This document shows positions 12,714 through 26,200 of a stretch of DNA of 64,000 nucleotides, in pieces. Where the stretch lies: contig NMRA01000398.1 of assembly GCA_002633005.1 (NCBI GenBank), positions 319,202-383,201 of the forward strand, written 5' to 3'. A model generated the notes under the pieces. It ran no database searches. It saw only the letters and a list, made by a program, of their open reading frames with translations, and was not told the origin of the DNA. The number at the start of each line of letters is the position of its first letter. Position 1 is the stretch's first letter. This DNA is from Phoronis australis. Taxonomy: Eukaryota > Animalia > Phoronida. The position numbers were made by a program, and so were the translations under genes.

Positions 12714-14108
12714 TCATTGTTCATTGTTCTTAGCTTCTCTAACATTGCTCGAACTTGAGACTCTGGTGACTTTTCGACCACTAATCACGACATTGAATAG
12801 GAAAAATAAGGCATTGGTCAATGTTAGAATAGAAACTCCGCACCAAAGACCCAGATGCCCTCCGATCTCTGACAGCAAGCTCCAAGGCCCATTGGGATAC
12901 TTAGATACCTCGGTAATCAGTTCGACTTCGTCGTTATTAAAGAAAACGTTCACCTGCGCAAAGTGCTCATTAATCAGTTTATTTCTAAATATAAACTCCA
13001 TACTGTACTTATACATCTATTTATAGGCAACGGACGAAGTCTTTTTTGCAACAAAATGTCTGTAAAACGCCGCTGTTACGTTTTTATTGGGCCAACTAAA
13101 CGCAGACTGGCTTAACTTAAAATTATACTCTTCGCAAGCTTCCTGACAACCGCAGTGCTTTTGGAACTTTTGTTGGAATTCGTTCTTTGCTTTCAGCATG
13201 CAATCTACTTGGTTCGACCACTTTTCGTATGTACAGTTGTGGATAGCTGTAAAGTTACCACAAAACGACACTCGAGGATGGTGGTGTATTGGCAGGTCTG
13301 AATCTTTACAGTGACATCTCTCGATCACGTGCGTCTGTTCACACGCCCGCAAACAATTTGCTTTCGAATGGCGATAATTTTCGAAAGAAAACTTGTTCTG
13401 GGTGCAGCTGGATTCAAATGGAGGACCAAGACGTCTTTTTTTGACTGGCCTAACTGCTATGGAGGTGGAAAGCCCAGCGGCTATTTTAAGGGAATTCTCT
13501 GAAGGATTTACAAAATCTCCTTCATTATGCACAATCACTCTGAGACCGTGAGAGTTCAGATCTGTCAAAGAGGAATACGCCGATGAACCATTAATCTACT
13601 GCTGCAAACTTGAGTCAAGAGCATATGAGTAAAGAATCAGCGACAGTCCGTTCTCGTCTCCAGTTTTTTTCATAGCATTGTCATCCATATTCATCGTGAA
13701 GCAACGCCCGTAATAGGGACTTAGAAATTCTGTAATCTTACTAGTATTGCACGGTCTGCTGTCGTAAGTACAGCCAATAATAATATCCTGCATTTCCCAC
13801 GTGTAATCAGCAGCTCTATCGAGGTTATCGTAAATAAGTGCATATCCTCCATATTTTTTGTTTATTGTAGCACGCAGTTCACTGCCTCCTGACATACATT
13901 CCGTTAAGACACTGAACAGGTTCATGAAAACTGTGGCCAAGTGGCTTTTCGTAGCTGGCGTCGCATTGCATACTGAGCCACTGGGGAACGGTTTGTGAGC
14001 TGTAAATGTCTTTGTCACCGTTTTATGGTATGGATATTGGTAATAGTTGGCAAAGGATAGCACTACATTGACTGCAGCTGTCGTAAGACTGGCGAGAAGC
14101 ACTATTAC
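12714..14108 (-). pseudogene. DEG/ENaC channel pseudogene, exon 2 (TM1 to C-terminus) with two in-frame TAG stops
   Basis: Same length and frame as the intact paralog exon at 51786-53180. TAG at 13596-13598 (paralog CAA) and at 13017-13019 (paralog CAT). FPSVSVCN is changed to FPSGSVCN. Acceptor tttgtag|GTA at 14109/14108. Confidence 0.92.
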
Positions 14109-15293
14109 CTACAAAGACAGAATGAGTTAAGGTTGTGTAAAACTTTATTTACAGAATCATATCCGTTGTAGTAATGTTGCTCTTGTGTCTAGCAAAATGC
14201 CGTTGTTCATTCTCTGTTAACTTCAAATACGTATTACGTAGCGTGAGAAAAACACACAGATTTTGCAGAACCACATTCAACCTCATGGTTGCAGAGCTGT
14301 CACTCAAATCATATCCCCTGACAGTATATACAAGTGTAGGCATGACAAGTTACATACGTCACAGAGACAACACAGGTTGTGAACTACATCTATGATGCAT
14401 TTACATGTGACATTGACAAAACTTGACAAATGATTTACAATTCAGAACTATAGGACACTGTAGCAATTAAAAATGTATCAAAATGCATTCACAGCTGATA
14501 ATCAATGCACCTGGCCGCTGCAAGGCGAGGGCACTTTTCATTCAGGTTATTCTAAAAAACCCAATCCCCACCCAAAAGTGAGCTCGTCTCTTGAACTTTT
14601 CTTAAAACTCAGGTATTCAGGTTTCCGGTGGCTTCCTACTCGGGTCAACGGCCCAAACATAAAAGTACACACTTTTAGTGTTGTGGGAGGTGCAAAATTG
14701 GACTTCAGCTAGCGGTTCATCACGGTTTCAGTTGACATGCCGAAACTAACATATATGTCGTGTCGGAACAATGGCATAATATTAGTAGTGGAGACGTGAC
14801 GTTGCCATACAGCTGAAGATGATGATTCTGGGAAATGACTCTTCTGCGACTGCGTGGAAAGATCTCCTAAGAAAAGTTGAGAACAACTCTTCTATAAGAA
14901 ACCGAAGACACACCATTCTGAGAGTGCGAAAGCGACTTTCCCTTTACACAATATGATTGGCATAGGAGAAACATGTTTTGTTCAACTGATCGACGTTTTA
15001 CGACCTTTGCAGACATTGTGTGAATTCTTTGGATGTCCCACCGCACAACAGTTGCAAATTGACGTCAAAGATTGTCAATGTGAAGTGGCATTGTATTAAA
15101 TCATGACACAAGAAAATTACTTTCTCGAGGAGCTGAACATCTCTACCTTTGTCTACGCCATGAATGTAATATATCACCATATTCCTACATATTTTATTTC
15201 ATTTTGTCGGCGCTTTCCGGCTGAAACACCCAATAAAATACGACAATCGTGCTTTAAAAACATTAAAGTCAGGTTGTTACTGATGCAACTTAC

Positions 15294-15400
15294 CATTCCA
15301 ATACGTAACACATTGTTATAATTGCGGTTGAAGATTTGAGACGCCCCGTGACAGGAAGTTGTTCCACAAAGCTCAGATAAGTGTTTTTCTTATTCTTCAT
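15294..15400 (-). pseudogene. DEG/ENaC pseudogene, exon 1 (HG motif) with 1-bp deletion
   Basis: ATG at 15400 to donor ATG|GTAAGT at 15294 is 107 nt, versus 108 nt in both paralogs. The ELCGTTSCHGASQIFN frame is out of phase with the ATG and is preceded by TAA. Confidence 0.9.
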
Positions 15401-15829
15401 CTTCGTTTCGTAATCAGTTCGGCCTGCACATCTCAATGTTAATGTTGCCCTTTGTTTCTGCCTGTCGCGGATTACGGAAAACGTGTCCACGAGTCGAGAG
15501 ATTGTATTGTGTGGAGTGATGAACGGTATTGGGTTTTATGATTGTACACATAGTTCAAACGTGACATTCAGCGATAAATAACTTGAGAAATGGGTATTGA
15601 TGAATTAATGGAATTGTAAACAATGTAAATTCAGAGAGAGAAGTCAAACGTTTGAAGTAACTTCTCAATTTTATCAGAGCACTTCACTCCATATTAGGTA
15701 ACATTATTTTCACGTGGGCTAAAAACCACGACGGTTAACTCAATCAAAACGTTGAGGGCGACACCATAGAATGGAATGAGCTAGTTGGTACTCATAACCT
15801 TTATTGAATATGTATTGACACACGCGGTT

Positions 15830-16175
15830 TTTGAAGCGCTAAAGGGTTCTTAAACGAGTAACTTTTGCGCGTTGAAATGTGCTTAATAAAAGCGTAAATT
15901 TGCTTACTCTAAGCGTACTTTTAATCAGTTCATACATGTATATTCCAATGACGCAGGTGCTCTCAAATTGATGAACCGAACGAAGATCGTTTTTAGAACT
16001 AAAAGTACACGTAGATTAAAAGTACTCGTAGATTAAAAAAATCACGCGTAAATTAAAGCAAAAATATATGTAGATTAAGCAAACCTACATGTAGATTAAG
16101 CAAAAATACAAGTAGATTAAGCGCATTTCAACGCGGGAAGAATTACTGGTTTAAGAACACTTTGACGTTTCATAG
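15830..16175. mobile_element. MITE-like palindromic element with internal tandem TAGATTAA(G/A) repeats
   Basis: gttcttaaacgagtaacttttgcgcgttgaaatgtgcttaat (15847-15887) is an inverted repeat of attaagcgcatttcaacgcgggaagaattactggtttaagaac (16116-16158). About 6 tandem gtagattaagcaaa-like units lie at 16010-16121. Absent from the paralogous 5' flank. Confidence 0.65.
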
Positions 16176-19100
16176 ATTAGTCTAAGAGTTTGAAAGTCAA
16201 AGATTGACGAATCTGTAAGGTACGACCAATGTACCTTTTTTAAAAAAATGAAAATTTGGTCTTCGATGGTTTAATTTGTTGCTTTATAAGAGAGATTAAC
16301 TTGTGTGATAGCCTCAGCTGTGAAACTGTACATGTATGTAAACCCTGTGCATTAATATTGACCTATCGCAAGCTCTGACACCGCGAGAAAAGTCACGTGA
16401 CACCCGACAAACGAACAATAAGTCTTACCCGTACTGTTTTTCGGGTAAAATGGCGGCTTGAAAACGAAGGTAAGTCAACAATTCAGCATTCTGATTGGTC
16501 AGTTAAACGGTCACTCAAATCCTGACGATAGGTCGGTTTGTGAATCGGGTACATGTACTTGTGGGTTGGTCACTGTCTGGCTTAAACTCACTTTGGGGTT
16601 GAGGTACAAAACCCCAGATGTTAACGTGTTTTAACACCTCACAAAATGCTTAGCTGTATCTGTTCTTGTGGACTCTACTCCCCAAATCGGGAGTTGTTGT
16701 ATGAGGTCAATTTTTGGAAAAAATAACACGTTTTTCAGTTATTTAATCTTGAATTATCGTTACTGATTAATTAAGCTAGACAGATATTGGACTGTAATAT
16801 TCAAATTTGGTCAATTTTGTTCAAACTCTTTGGGCCTTCACGTTTTCAAGGCTCCAAATTAAGCTTTCATGATCTTTCTAGCAACATATCAGAGGTTCTT
16901 AGTTTACCTCAACTGAGTGCACTGTATGAACTTCCGCACTGTGCCAAGCGCAGACAGGAAGTTAGGGAGGTCTAGAAGTACTCTGATCACTAATCGGTTA
17001 GAACACGATTTTTACGTGGTGGCGGAATTCGTTATACATGTACACTAGATGGTAATGTAGTTGTAAAGTAGATTTCAAAAAATGGACAGCATCGAAATTT
17101 GACAAGACTCCGCAGCCCTAACCAACGTGTTTTAACTTTTGACTATAGACTGACATTCAACCAACATTGCGTTTTATTCCTCTTTATCACTAGCTATCAA
17201 GTATAATGACTAGTCATCGCTTTCTGTAGGAATTGTGTACAACGCTTCCATTTTATCTTATCTTTACTACGCATGTGTCATTTACAACACGTGCAATTAC
17301 AAAGGACTTATTTGTCTAGATAGGCTCCAGGATTAGGCAGATTTGAAACATAAGGGATTTCGGTAAAGCAAACACGTTCGATGTTTACCCTTAGGCATTA
17401 GAAAAAAGAACACCATTATTCACACTTACAAGACTCCTCACATCATGAATATAATCAGTCCAATATACTTTTCTTGAACAACTGCGGAAGGACAGAATTT
17501 CGTCAAAAATTAAAAATTGTGCCTAGGTTTGTAATTTCTCATATTTTTTTCCAGTTCATTTCGTAAATCTACTCTCAAGCATAGCATCTATTTATGGAAT
17601 GCTCTTTCCGATGTCATGTAAACATTGCACAATATCAGCAATCTTATTAAACTTGCTTTCAAATGACATCTGTCCTATGAGTTTCATCAATCCACGCCAA
17701 CCCCTCGTACATCAACTATTACCAGAATTAAAGGAACAATTTTGAACAATTAAAAGGTGGTCCATTATATATTTCTTAAAAAAGTGTACACAGTTTTATG
17801 TAAACTGAATGTGACGCACTAAACATTGTCATGTCAACCAAACAGATCGTATCCATCTCTTCCACTCCCTGGATTCAAACAGTGATGACACCTCCATTTG
17901 GCACACGTTACCTCAAGTTTTAAATATTTTAATTAGGCTCATTGATATTGCATTTTTGTTTTGTTGTGTTTATTTGTGACTACGTATTTGTAATTAAGAT
18001 CGTTTATTATCCAATTTATTATGTTGCAATACATAAAATTCGTATTTTGTAATTTCGTTGTCTGTCAAGAACAATCGTGTTTATATTTATTGTTATTACA
18101 TTGGTTAATCTGCCAGCATATACAGTTTTGTGGACAATAATTTTAACTTCCTGTGTTACATTTCGGTTGAAATAAACAGTTATGTAAAGAAAACATGCAT
18201 CGGCGCAGGCGACACATTGCAAAATATGAGCATAACTTATTCTTCGCACATCATATTTACCATTTTTCTAATGAATTTTCTAAACATAGTTCATCTTATG
18301 ACTACCTTCGTAACAGAGGATATGTTTTTGTCTTTGTTTGAAGACGTGTGTGCTCGTATCCCGGAGGTATCTCGTAGACATCTGCAAGGCACCTGGATGT
18401 GTACTCAAGAATTGTGAGTAACTCCACTGTGCAGGTGCCATTGCACTGACCCGTGCCAACCCCCCACCTCCTACTTACGGGCAGATTATTCACTGTTCAA
18501 GGCAGGTTTGTGGCTGTTTCTGTGTATGTTACAGTATAATAGTTTTGAATTTTTGAGATAAAGTTCTAACTAAAAAGCTTGTGTCTGCATCCTTAAATTT
18601 TTGCGCATAGTCTAAATGAGAACTTTCAACCACTGCAATTTTTGGCGCGACTCTCCCACATTTAAACTGTGTGCAAACAAACTTGTGATTTTTAAACTCA
18701 TACCAGTTTGCAGGTTTCTTTCTAAAAACAGCTATTAAAGTTTCGTGTCTCAAGAGCAAGATTTGTTCGTATGCACCTGAAGATAACCACGTCGTGTAAC
18801 CCATCACCATTATTTTATTTCGGAATAATTACGTAATAATAGTGTCAGTAAGCCCATGCGATCAAACATAAAATTTCTATTACAAACCTTATGCGTACTT
18901 TTCAATCCCACTGAAATTCAAACACAAAAGCAATAAGGAGTTTGACGTCTGAAACAATTAGTGATTTCCACTTAATTCTTCGAATCAATGCGTAAACCTA
19001 TTAGTCATTGATTACAAAGTACAGTACCTGGAAAGACTATACAGAACCAAGAATAATTTGAACGGTTAATTCTGGAGTTGTATCTGCACACCAATCTTCG

Positions 19101-20506
19101 GAAACTGAGAATGTAGAAAATGTTTCGGATGCTGAAATCAATGTCGAAATATCAAACATTTCCCTGACACCTAAATGGGTCTCACAGCTTTTACGTCCGC
19201 AAAAAGTCCATTTTGGAGATTAATGCTATATAAGTCAGTTCTTTTTGTGGATATATTTCAAATCGTCAATTTTCCCCAATTTTCTGTCAGGCATTCCCTA
19301 AAATTAAGGTCTTTGGCCAATTTCGATAGTCAGACACAGAGTAAGGTTGACTAAAGCTAGTAAGTAGAGTGTAGGCTGTGACACCAGCTTCCGATTGCAT
19401 TCCACCCTTGGGCTGATGTCATCAAAACACTTTCCACGCCCATAGATGTTACTTTATCGCGACAGTAATAATGGAACAGAACCTCAGTGGTGCGTCTAAA
19501 CGCACGTGAAAAGGGAACTCAATTACACATATGATTATTTCGAAAACACCGAGAAATTCCAAAACGTTTAGGCAGGACTGTTTAAACTCAATATGACGAC
19601 ACTAGAAAGTGCAAAATCAACATTTCTCAACTAATCCGTCTTTGGCAAAGGATAACGGAGTAGTCTATCGGCTTCTTCCTATCTCGAAACTGTGTATCAC
19701 TTGGAAAAATTGATAACCTATTTTTAAATTTATTGATAAATTCGTATTTGGGAGCCATTTTTTTCTTGTTTACATCGGTGACTTATTAAGGACCTCCTTG
19801 CGGAATCAGTTGCTTGTGTTTCCCTAGTTTTGAGAAATCGTACAATCTTTATGTTAAGGCAAGCCACTTGCTGGAGTGTCACACCGTAATCAAATCAGCT
19901 GTCACTAATTTCTATTTTAATAACAATTATCCACCTATGACGGACGTGGGGTTAATAAATTGGCGTCATCTGGAGCAATCATACATTTAACATAGTAGAA
20001 AAACATCTACATGTATGATGCAACAGCCAAAAATGTTTAATTCCTAAAAACATAATGTACAAGACCTCTCTGTACAAGTAATGAGATTTATGGCACTCTG
20101 ACATCAATCTATTATTTGGGCAAATAACATTATACAGCACTTCTCCCACCCTCCCTACCCTGGGTACCACGACATTTCCACTCCGCCGATTCATACCTTT
20201 CCCACACTCTCTCCCTTTTGTCGAACGAAATCTGGTGTTGGTTATTGTTGTTTTTGCTGTCCCTGCTTGTACCTTCTTCAGGCCCGGAGCGTGATACCGT
20301 CAGGCAAGAACCGACGTCATTGGCTAGCGACCAGACCTGTACTTGAGCATCCATCACTGCAGATTGCTTCTCTCCACCCCGGTCACAGCTCTCGGCACAT
20401 ACTGAGCCACTAAACCACATTCCTTACAATATCTTTTTTTATCACTCCGGCTGGTCTGCTCACTCAGCTTGTCCGGAACCCTGTTTTGCAGATTGCTATA
20501 GCCCAG

Positions 20507-20691
20507 TTGGATGTTTGGTGTACCCACTTGGTACTTTATAAGACATTTGCGCATTTCGCAGTTTGTACCCACTTGGTACTTGTTATTGAATTTGCCGTTT
20601 TGCTCGACTCAGTTGGTAGGCAAATGGCCAATACCCATTTGGTATTATGTACCCATTTGGTACTATGCTAACCTGTGCCACTTAGCATCCG
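20507..20691. repeat. Small element with four GTACCCA(C/T)TTGGTA(C/T) quasi-palindromes and imperfect GGATG/CATCC termini
   Basis: Motif at ~20520, 20565, 20631 and 20649; ends ttggatgtttggtg and cacttagcatccga. Confidence 0.5.
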
Positions 20692-23227
20692 ATACTCAAT
20701 TATACTTTGGGTATCGGAAATGTGTGTGTTATCTTTGTTACGTATTTTTCATTGTTGTTTTATTACTTCATTGTATTATATTACTTTTTTCTTATTGAGG
20801 GCCCTCTTGGAAAGCAGTGCTGTCACTGAAGAGGCCACCTTCATTTTAAATATCACAATAATAAATAAATAAATAAATCTCTTGTAAAGGAACCCATCTG
20901 GTTCCTTCTGTGAAATATTAATTTGTAGAGCTGTGACCCTGAAATTCGCAATATAACTTAAAATATACATTATTCTTGTTGTTTTATTTGTCCCCAATAA
21001 TAGAAATACTCAAATACTCCCAATACTCTTACAGTCTCAAAAGAAAACAGTTTTATACAGATAAACTTAACACATTTGAACTCAATGGACAAAACATTAA
21101 TATTTCTTAAATCTTATCTTCCTTTAATTTTTTTTCGCAACAATCATTGGGCCATAGATTTATGTCAGATATCATTTGTCATATCGTGCTTGAATTTTCT
21201 TTATTTATGTTTTTGTTGAACAAGGGTGTGATTATATCCCCAAATTTCAGTTGTTCCATTATTGTTTTTTTATACATAATTATGCCTATTTTTTTCATAT
21301 ACACGAATTTCAAAAACAACGACATCAATTTTCGGTAGGAAAAATGTTTCCTAGATAATAGTATTTTCCACTACTTTGGAAACAGGCCAACGGAAAGTGG
21401 AAGCCTTTATCATAATATTTCAAGTTGATAAAAGTAGCCCCAACCTTACAGTACGTTTAAGCCAGTTTCTGGATGGTCTTTGAAGTTACAAAACATAGAA
21501 CGTGAAGATTTTACCAAATACTTTCAGCTATTTACAGAGTTTGCAAAATAAAACTATTCAAAGTAAACCAAGTTTTTGTTTATTATACACCGAAGCAATT
21601 CGTGATTTTTGATCCGGGTACGAAAAATGCGTCACGTGTTTTGCTTTCTCTAAAATTAATGGCGTGCTCAAAAACTTATGGTCAAGAGCACCTACTTTTT
21701 ACTAAGTTTATGGTATTTTCGATTTGACGTATTGTTTCAAAACTTAAAAAATTGTGAAAACACGTAAACTCTTGCCCAGTTCCATCTCCGAATGCAAGAC
21801 CTAAGAAACATGATAAAAAGGGACTCGGCCACTTGAAAGAAATTTTCACTTCAATCTTATGCCAAATATCATAAAACCATCATTGTGAATTTCCGGAATA
21901 ACGGTCGCTGAACTGCGCAAAATTCCTTTAGAAGAACCAAAAATTAATTTCACAATAGTGCGTTGAACACCGGACAACTGTGTGAGTTATCGATTTGTCA
22001 TAAAAATATAACTGAATTTGTATTTCTGGTCAAACTTAATCACTATACGAAGCCAGTCCTGTCCAACAGAAATCCCCAAAGCGCGGCTCTTGGCCGTTAA
22101 ATCGGCAATATCCGATTAATAACGTGCCTACGTAAACTGTGTTATAACACTTTGGGTGACAGCGCAAAAGTACACGTCATTTATTAACGTTTGTGCCAAG
22201 GTCACAACCCAGGACATCCTTGAGGAATTATATTGCCACGTTACGTACAAGAACTTTCACCAGGGTTTATTTTTGAGTTACGTCTGCTTAGGTCAGAATG
22301 TGCTTAAATTCGGAAAGACCAAGTAAAATGCGAAGAAAAATAACACCAACCTACCCTCATTGGCGTTTGAGACTCTCGCAAGGAGACAAAAAGTGAAGCA
22401 CCGGTATAGAAGATTCATCATGATGCCAAGTGTTTCTCCACAACCACTGGGGAATTGGTCTTTCCCTCGCTATTTATGACAAATCGCGTAAAGAGAGCCG
22501 TTTCATCCAGTGGAAAGTAATGTTTTGCACGTGTTCCTTTTGTCACGTGTGCTGACGCCAATGCGTAAATGCATGCATGCATGCACGCATGGGAAAATGG
22601 TGCCGACTGTTGTACAGGGAACAGAAATCCAGACATGCGATGAATTCTAAATTTCAGTTGTGCACGAATATGAGAGTTACTCAATTGTGAAGCGACTATC
22701 AAGTTCCCCGCGTCCTGTCTATCAAACAATTTCTTGATATAAAAAAGCGGAAAACGGTTCATTTTTATGAGCTTTCGTACTTGCTGTACATGCATTTTAA
22801 TTAAAAATAACATTGCAAGTTTTTATTGACGTCAATGCATCTGAAGATAGGAATTCCTTTCTTAAGCAACCGTTTTGGTACTATTGTGCAATGATACCAT
22901 ACATGTAGATAATAACACAGAATCTGTGAGACAACTGAAAATCAAAACTTTCATATACGGAAAAATGATGATCAACAAGCTAGCTGCATCTACTACCTTA
23001 GGCTTACTAACATTTACTGTAAGTTCAACTCATGCGAGTGAGTATGCTGGTATCTTGCACCTACATGTATGTATGTTGCGGTTACGCCATCTATTGTTTA
23101 GGAGAATAGGCAGCAAGCAGTGAATCCGGGAATACGCCGAATAATTGCGTCACGACATATTGTTCTACGTCACAAACTTAAGAAAATGTTATTTGATTTT
23201 TGTGAGTAAACGGAGCAGGACGAAAAT

Positions 23228-26200
23228 ATGATTGAAATAGAAGAATTAGGGGAAATCCTGGAGGAAAAATTTAATAACATCGCTTCCCGAATGAGGTAAG
23301 TTATAAAAGTATATCATGCTTTATTTACATGAAGTTTGTTAAATGATTATATTGATATTTTTTCACGAAAACTTTTTCTATAGCAGCCTTAAAAGTTACT
23401 CTTGCATAACAATTTGGTAGAGGCCTCAATGGATATTATAAGTATGTAGTTTTATCAACCGAATTGTAATACCACCGTTAGTTAATCGGACCCATAAGTC
23501 TAAAAAATAACATATCGATTTTCAAAAATATTGAAACCATCCTTTCTCAGTTGAGCGTAAGCTTCATCATTCTCTTTGTCAATACTTACGTGACTTACAA
23601 TATCAACTGATCAGTGTGTAAAAAGTTTCAAGACAATAAAGGATAAAATACATAGCCATAGGTCTAAGAAATAGTTGGAGGAGACAAAGAGAATTCATCA
23701 TTGTTTTCTTCATCCATATCCTCATACATCTTCTTCAATACTTCATCATCATCACCACCATCATCATCATCACCATCATTACCATAATCACCGTCTTCTT
23801 CTTTTCTTCTTCACCATCATCATCCCCTTTTCTAGTTAATCTTATCCTCGTTCCCCTCCCCCTTGTCTTTACCAATTACATAACCATTCCCATCATCATC
23901 ACTACTACCGTCTTCTCTTTGAACCAATTTCGCCGGGTATCTTTCTATAGACATCTTATATCAGTTTTCACCCGCGCCACTCACTTAACTATCAAGGACC
24001 ACTTTATTTTCAATAGGTTTCTGGAGGGACTAAAGGACGCATTAGAGATAAAAGCTCGTGCAGAGAAGCAGTTTGGTATGCAGCTAGAACAAGCCGCAGC
24101 GAGAATCTTTCGCCTGCAGGACCACGCACCGCCAGTTGCGAAAGAGGTCATAAGCCTCCTGACCAACGATATGATATACAGTTCAGTGGCCCATCAGAGG
24201 AGCAGCGATAAAACAATGGATTCAGTTGTTTGCAACCTAGACAGGTAAAGGCGGCCATGAATCGTTTGCTCTGTGTATACTGTATGCGCAGTTAAGGTGT
24301 TCATACTGAAGTCACTCTTAATCGTTCAAATCGAAATAGTCCTCATAGGTGTTATTCTCCATAGTTCAAGTGAAAATACACTCAACTGGAGACTGGGAAT
24401 GTGTCTACACGTTCCTCAGACGGAGTCGCGGTCAGACCCGAGTCCGAAACCGCTACAATACATCAAAAGTGATTTGACGATTTACCAAACCCAAATAGGT
24501 CAGTTTTCTAGGACAGTCACGGATTTTCTAAAATTGGACGTGAAAATTCGACCACTTAACCTCACAAAATTGACTTCAAAGTTTCCCCTACCACGATAAA
24601 CCTTCATTCCTGTGACTACGAAAAACATTTCAATCAACAAGTAAAAATGCTTTAAAAAACGAGATCGCATATGATAAAAAATGTAATTATCGCTTAATTT
24701 TCGGTTCTTGAGAGGATCGTTAAAATATTTGCGATTTGGCACGTCTCTGAATGTCTCTCATAGAGGCTGGAAGCTGATGACAAAAGTGAACCCCAGTCTT
24801 ACAGCCTACACTGTACTTCTAAACCAGCACTGCATTCTTCAAGCAAGTTTCGGAAAGACTCCACACTTTCCCAAAAGCGCTTCGGCGGCTGTCTGAAAGC
24901 AAATCATTTAGTGAAAAATCATGCATCCTAATGGAGTCTTTTTCATAAATCCCCGGTACCTGCTAAGGTTGACAGGTGACCTTACAAATGTAAATGTGAC
25001 TGCTTTCGTCAACACACCTTCACGAATTAGACAAAAATTATTTCGTAATTGTGGTACATCTACATGTACGCTATTCTCTTTTATAGATATCTTGAGGGTA
25101 TCAATTTGAAGCGCATAAAGAAAAGGACGAAAAAGTTAATGGTTAAGAACAGAAGGAACGTTGAAAAACAGACTAAACATGAGTCAGAGGTAAGCACTGC
25201 TTTTACAAGTAAATAAACACCTAGAACTGGCCATTTGAGCTGAATTATAGACTCATCTACCATTTTCACCCGGAATGAAGACAATAAAATATTACAGTTG
25301 TCCAATAATAGACACGATTCACCTACCTCATAGAATCACCTAACACGTTACATGAACCAGGGACTTATTTCTCGAGGACAGACTATTGGCTTTATTTTTG
25401 GCTAAAAACCAGTTAACTTGTGTCTTAGTTTTTTCACCAAAATTAGGCTAATGCTGAAAGTCAGAAAGTTAAAAAAACGTACTTGAGAAAAGCAAAACAC
25501 AACATTTGGCTGTTCGTAGTGGGATTTTTGGCTTTTGTAAAAAAAACGAAAACTGAAAAAGTCTGCACGAGAAACAGGCGTCGAGTCCGGGCACGTGCAT
25601 GGCAGTCAAGGATCTTTGTGTGAATCGGTGACCTGTAAGTTTTGTTTGGTATGCCGTGTGGCTTTGGTTTTCGTATTGCAATAAACGTACATTTCTGTGA
25701 CGTTTGACACGATTGACTGAGTGAGTCGTTGAGCTTAGAGCTCGCTTGGCACGTGAGCTTTTTTTTTAACGTGATGAACCAGCTGTACATTCATGGGTGT
25801 ATCACTCACATGTGTTGTATCCAGTCTTTAACATTTCTGTAATCGTTTACTTATGTTTTCAAAGGCGAATTGCAGAGACATAAACCACACACACCAAATT
25901 TGACTTTCAATACTTTCATGTCGTATACGTTCCTTTAGTTCTTGACGTTTAATAACCGTGACTGCATAGGTAATGCAATCACGTAGTTGCATTCGTTGTT
26001 ATAATGAATATGAACATGTATTTTTCTCAGAATACAGCTCTTGATCAAACTTGTATTACGCTACCAACGTCTTGTCTGTGAAAGTAGCCCCATCTGATTT
26101 TTTCCCATAGGATCTTCGCAAGCACTTTGCTAGTCTTGAAGGCATTAGTGATGGCTACCAGAAGACTCTAATTGAAGCGCTAGACAAAGCAACGAGTCAG

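Larger units (their letters stand above)
10613..19495. repeat. Segmental duplication (direct) of the ENaC locus, paralogous to ~50410-57470
   Basis: Both start tggtgaaagg(t/c)cagaagatttcaacac and end gaac(c/a)tc(a/g)gtggtgc. They are collinear through the 3' flank, both exons, the intron and ~4 kb of 5' flank, apart from copy-specific insertions. Non-coding identity is roughly 80% by eye. Confidence 0.9.

Noticed and set aside
13017-13598. Two in-frame TAG codons in a full-length ENaC frame, suggesting stop-codon readthrough or a variant genetic code
   Set aside because: Exon 1 of the same copy has a frameshift. The TAGs align to different residues (Gln and His/Asp). TAG also ends other ORFs in the window (27430, 34324). 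Pseudogenisation is simpler.
20130-20500. Possible Gypsy integrase C-terminal remnant plus polypurine tract on the minus strand
   Set aside because: Only vague similarity (ISFDKRERVWERY..AEW); no catalytic motif or LTR pair could be identified.
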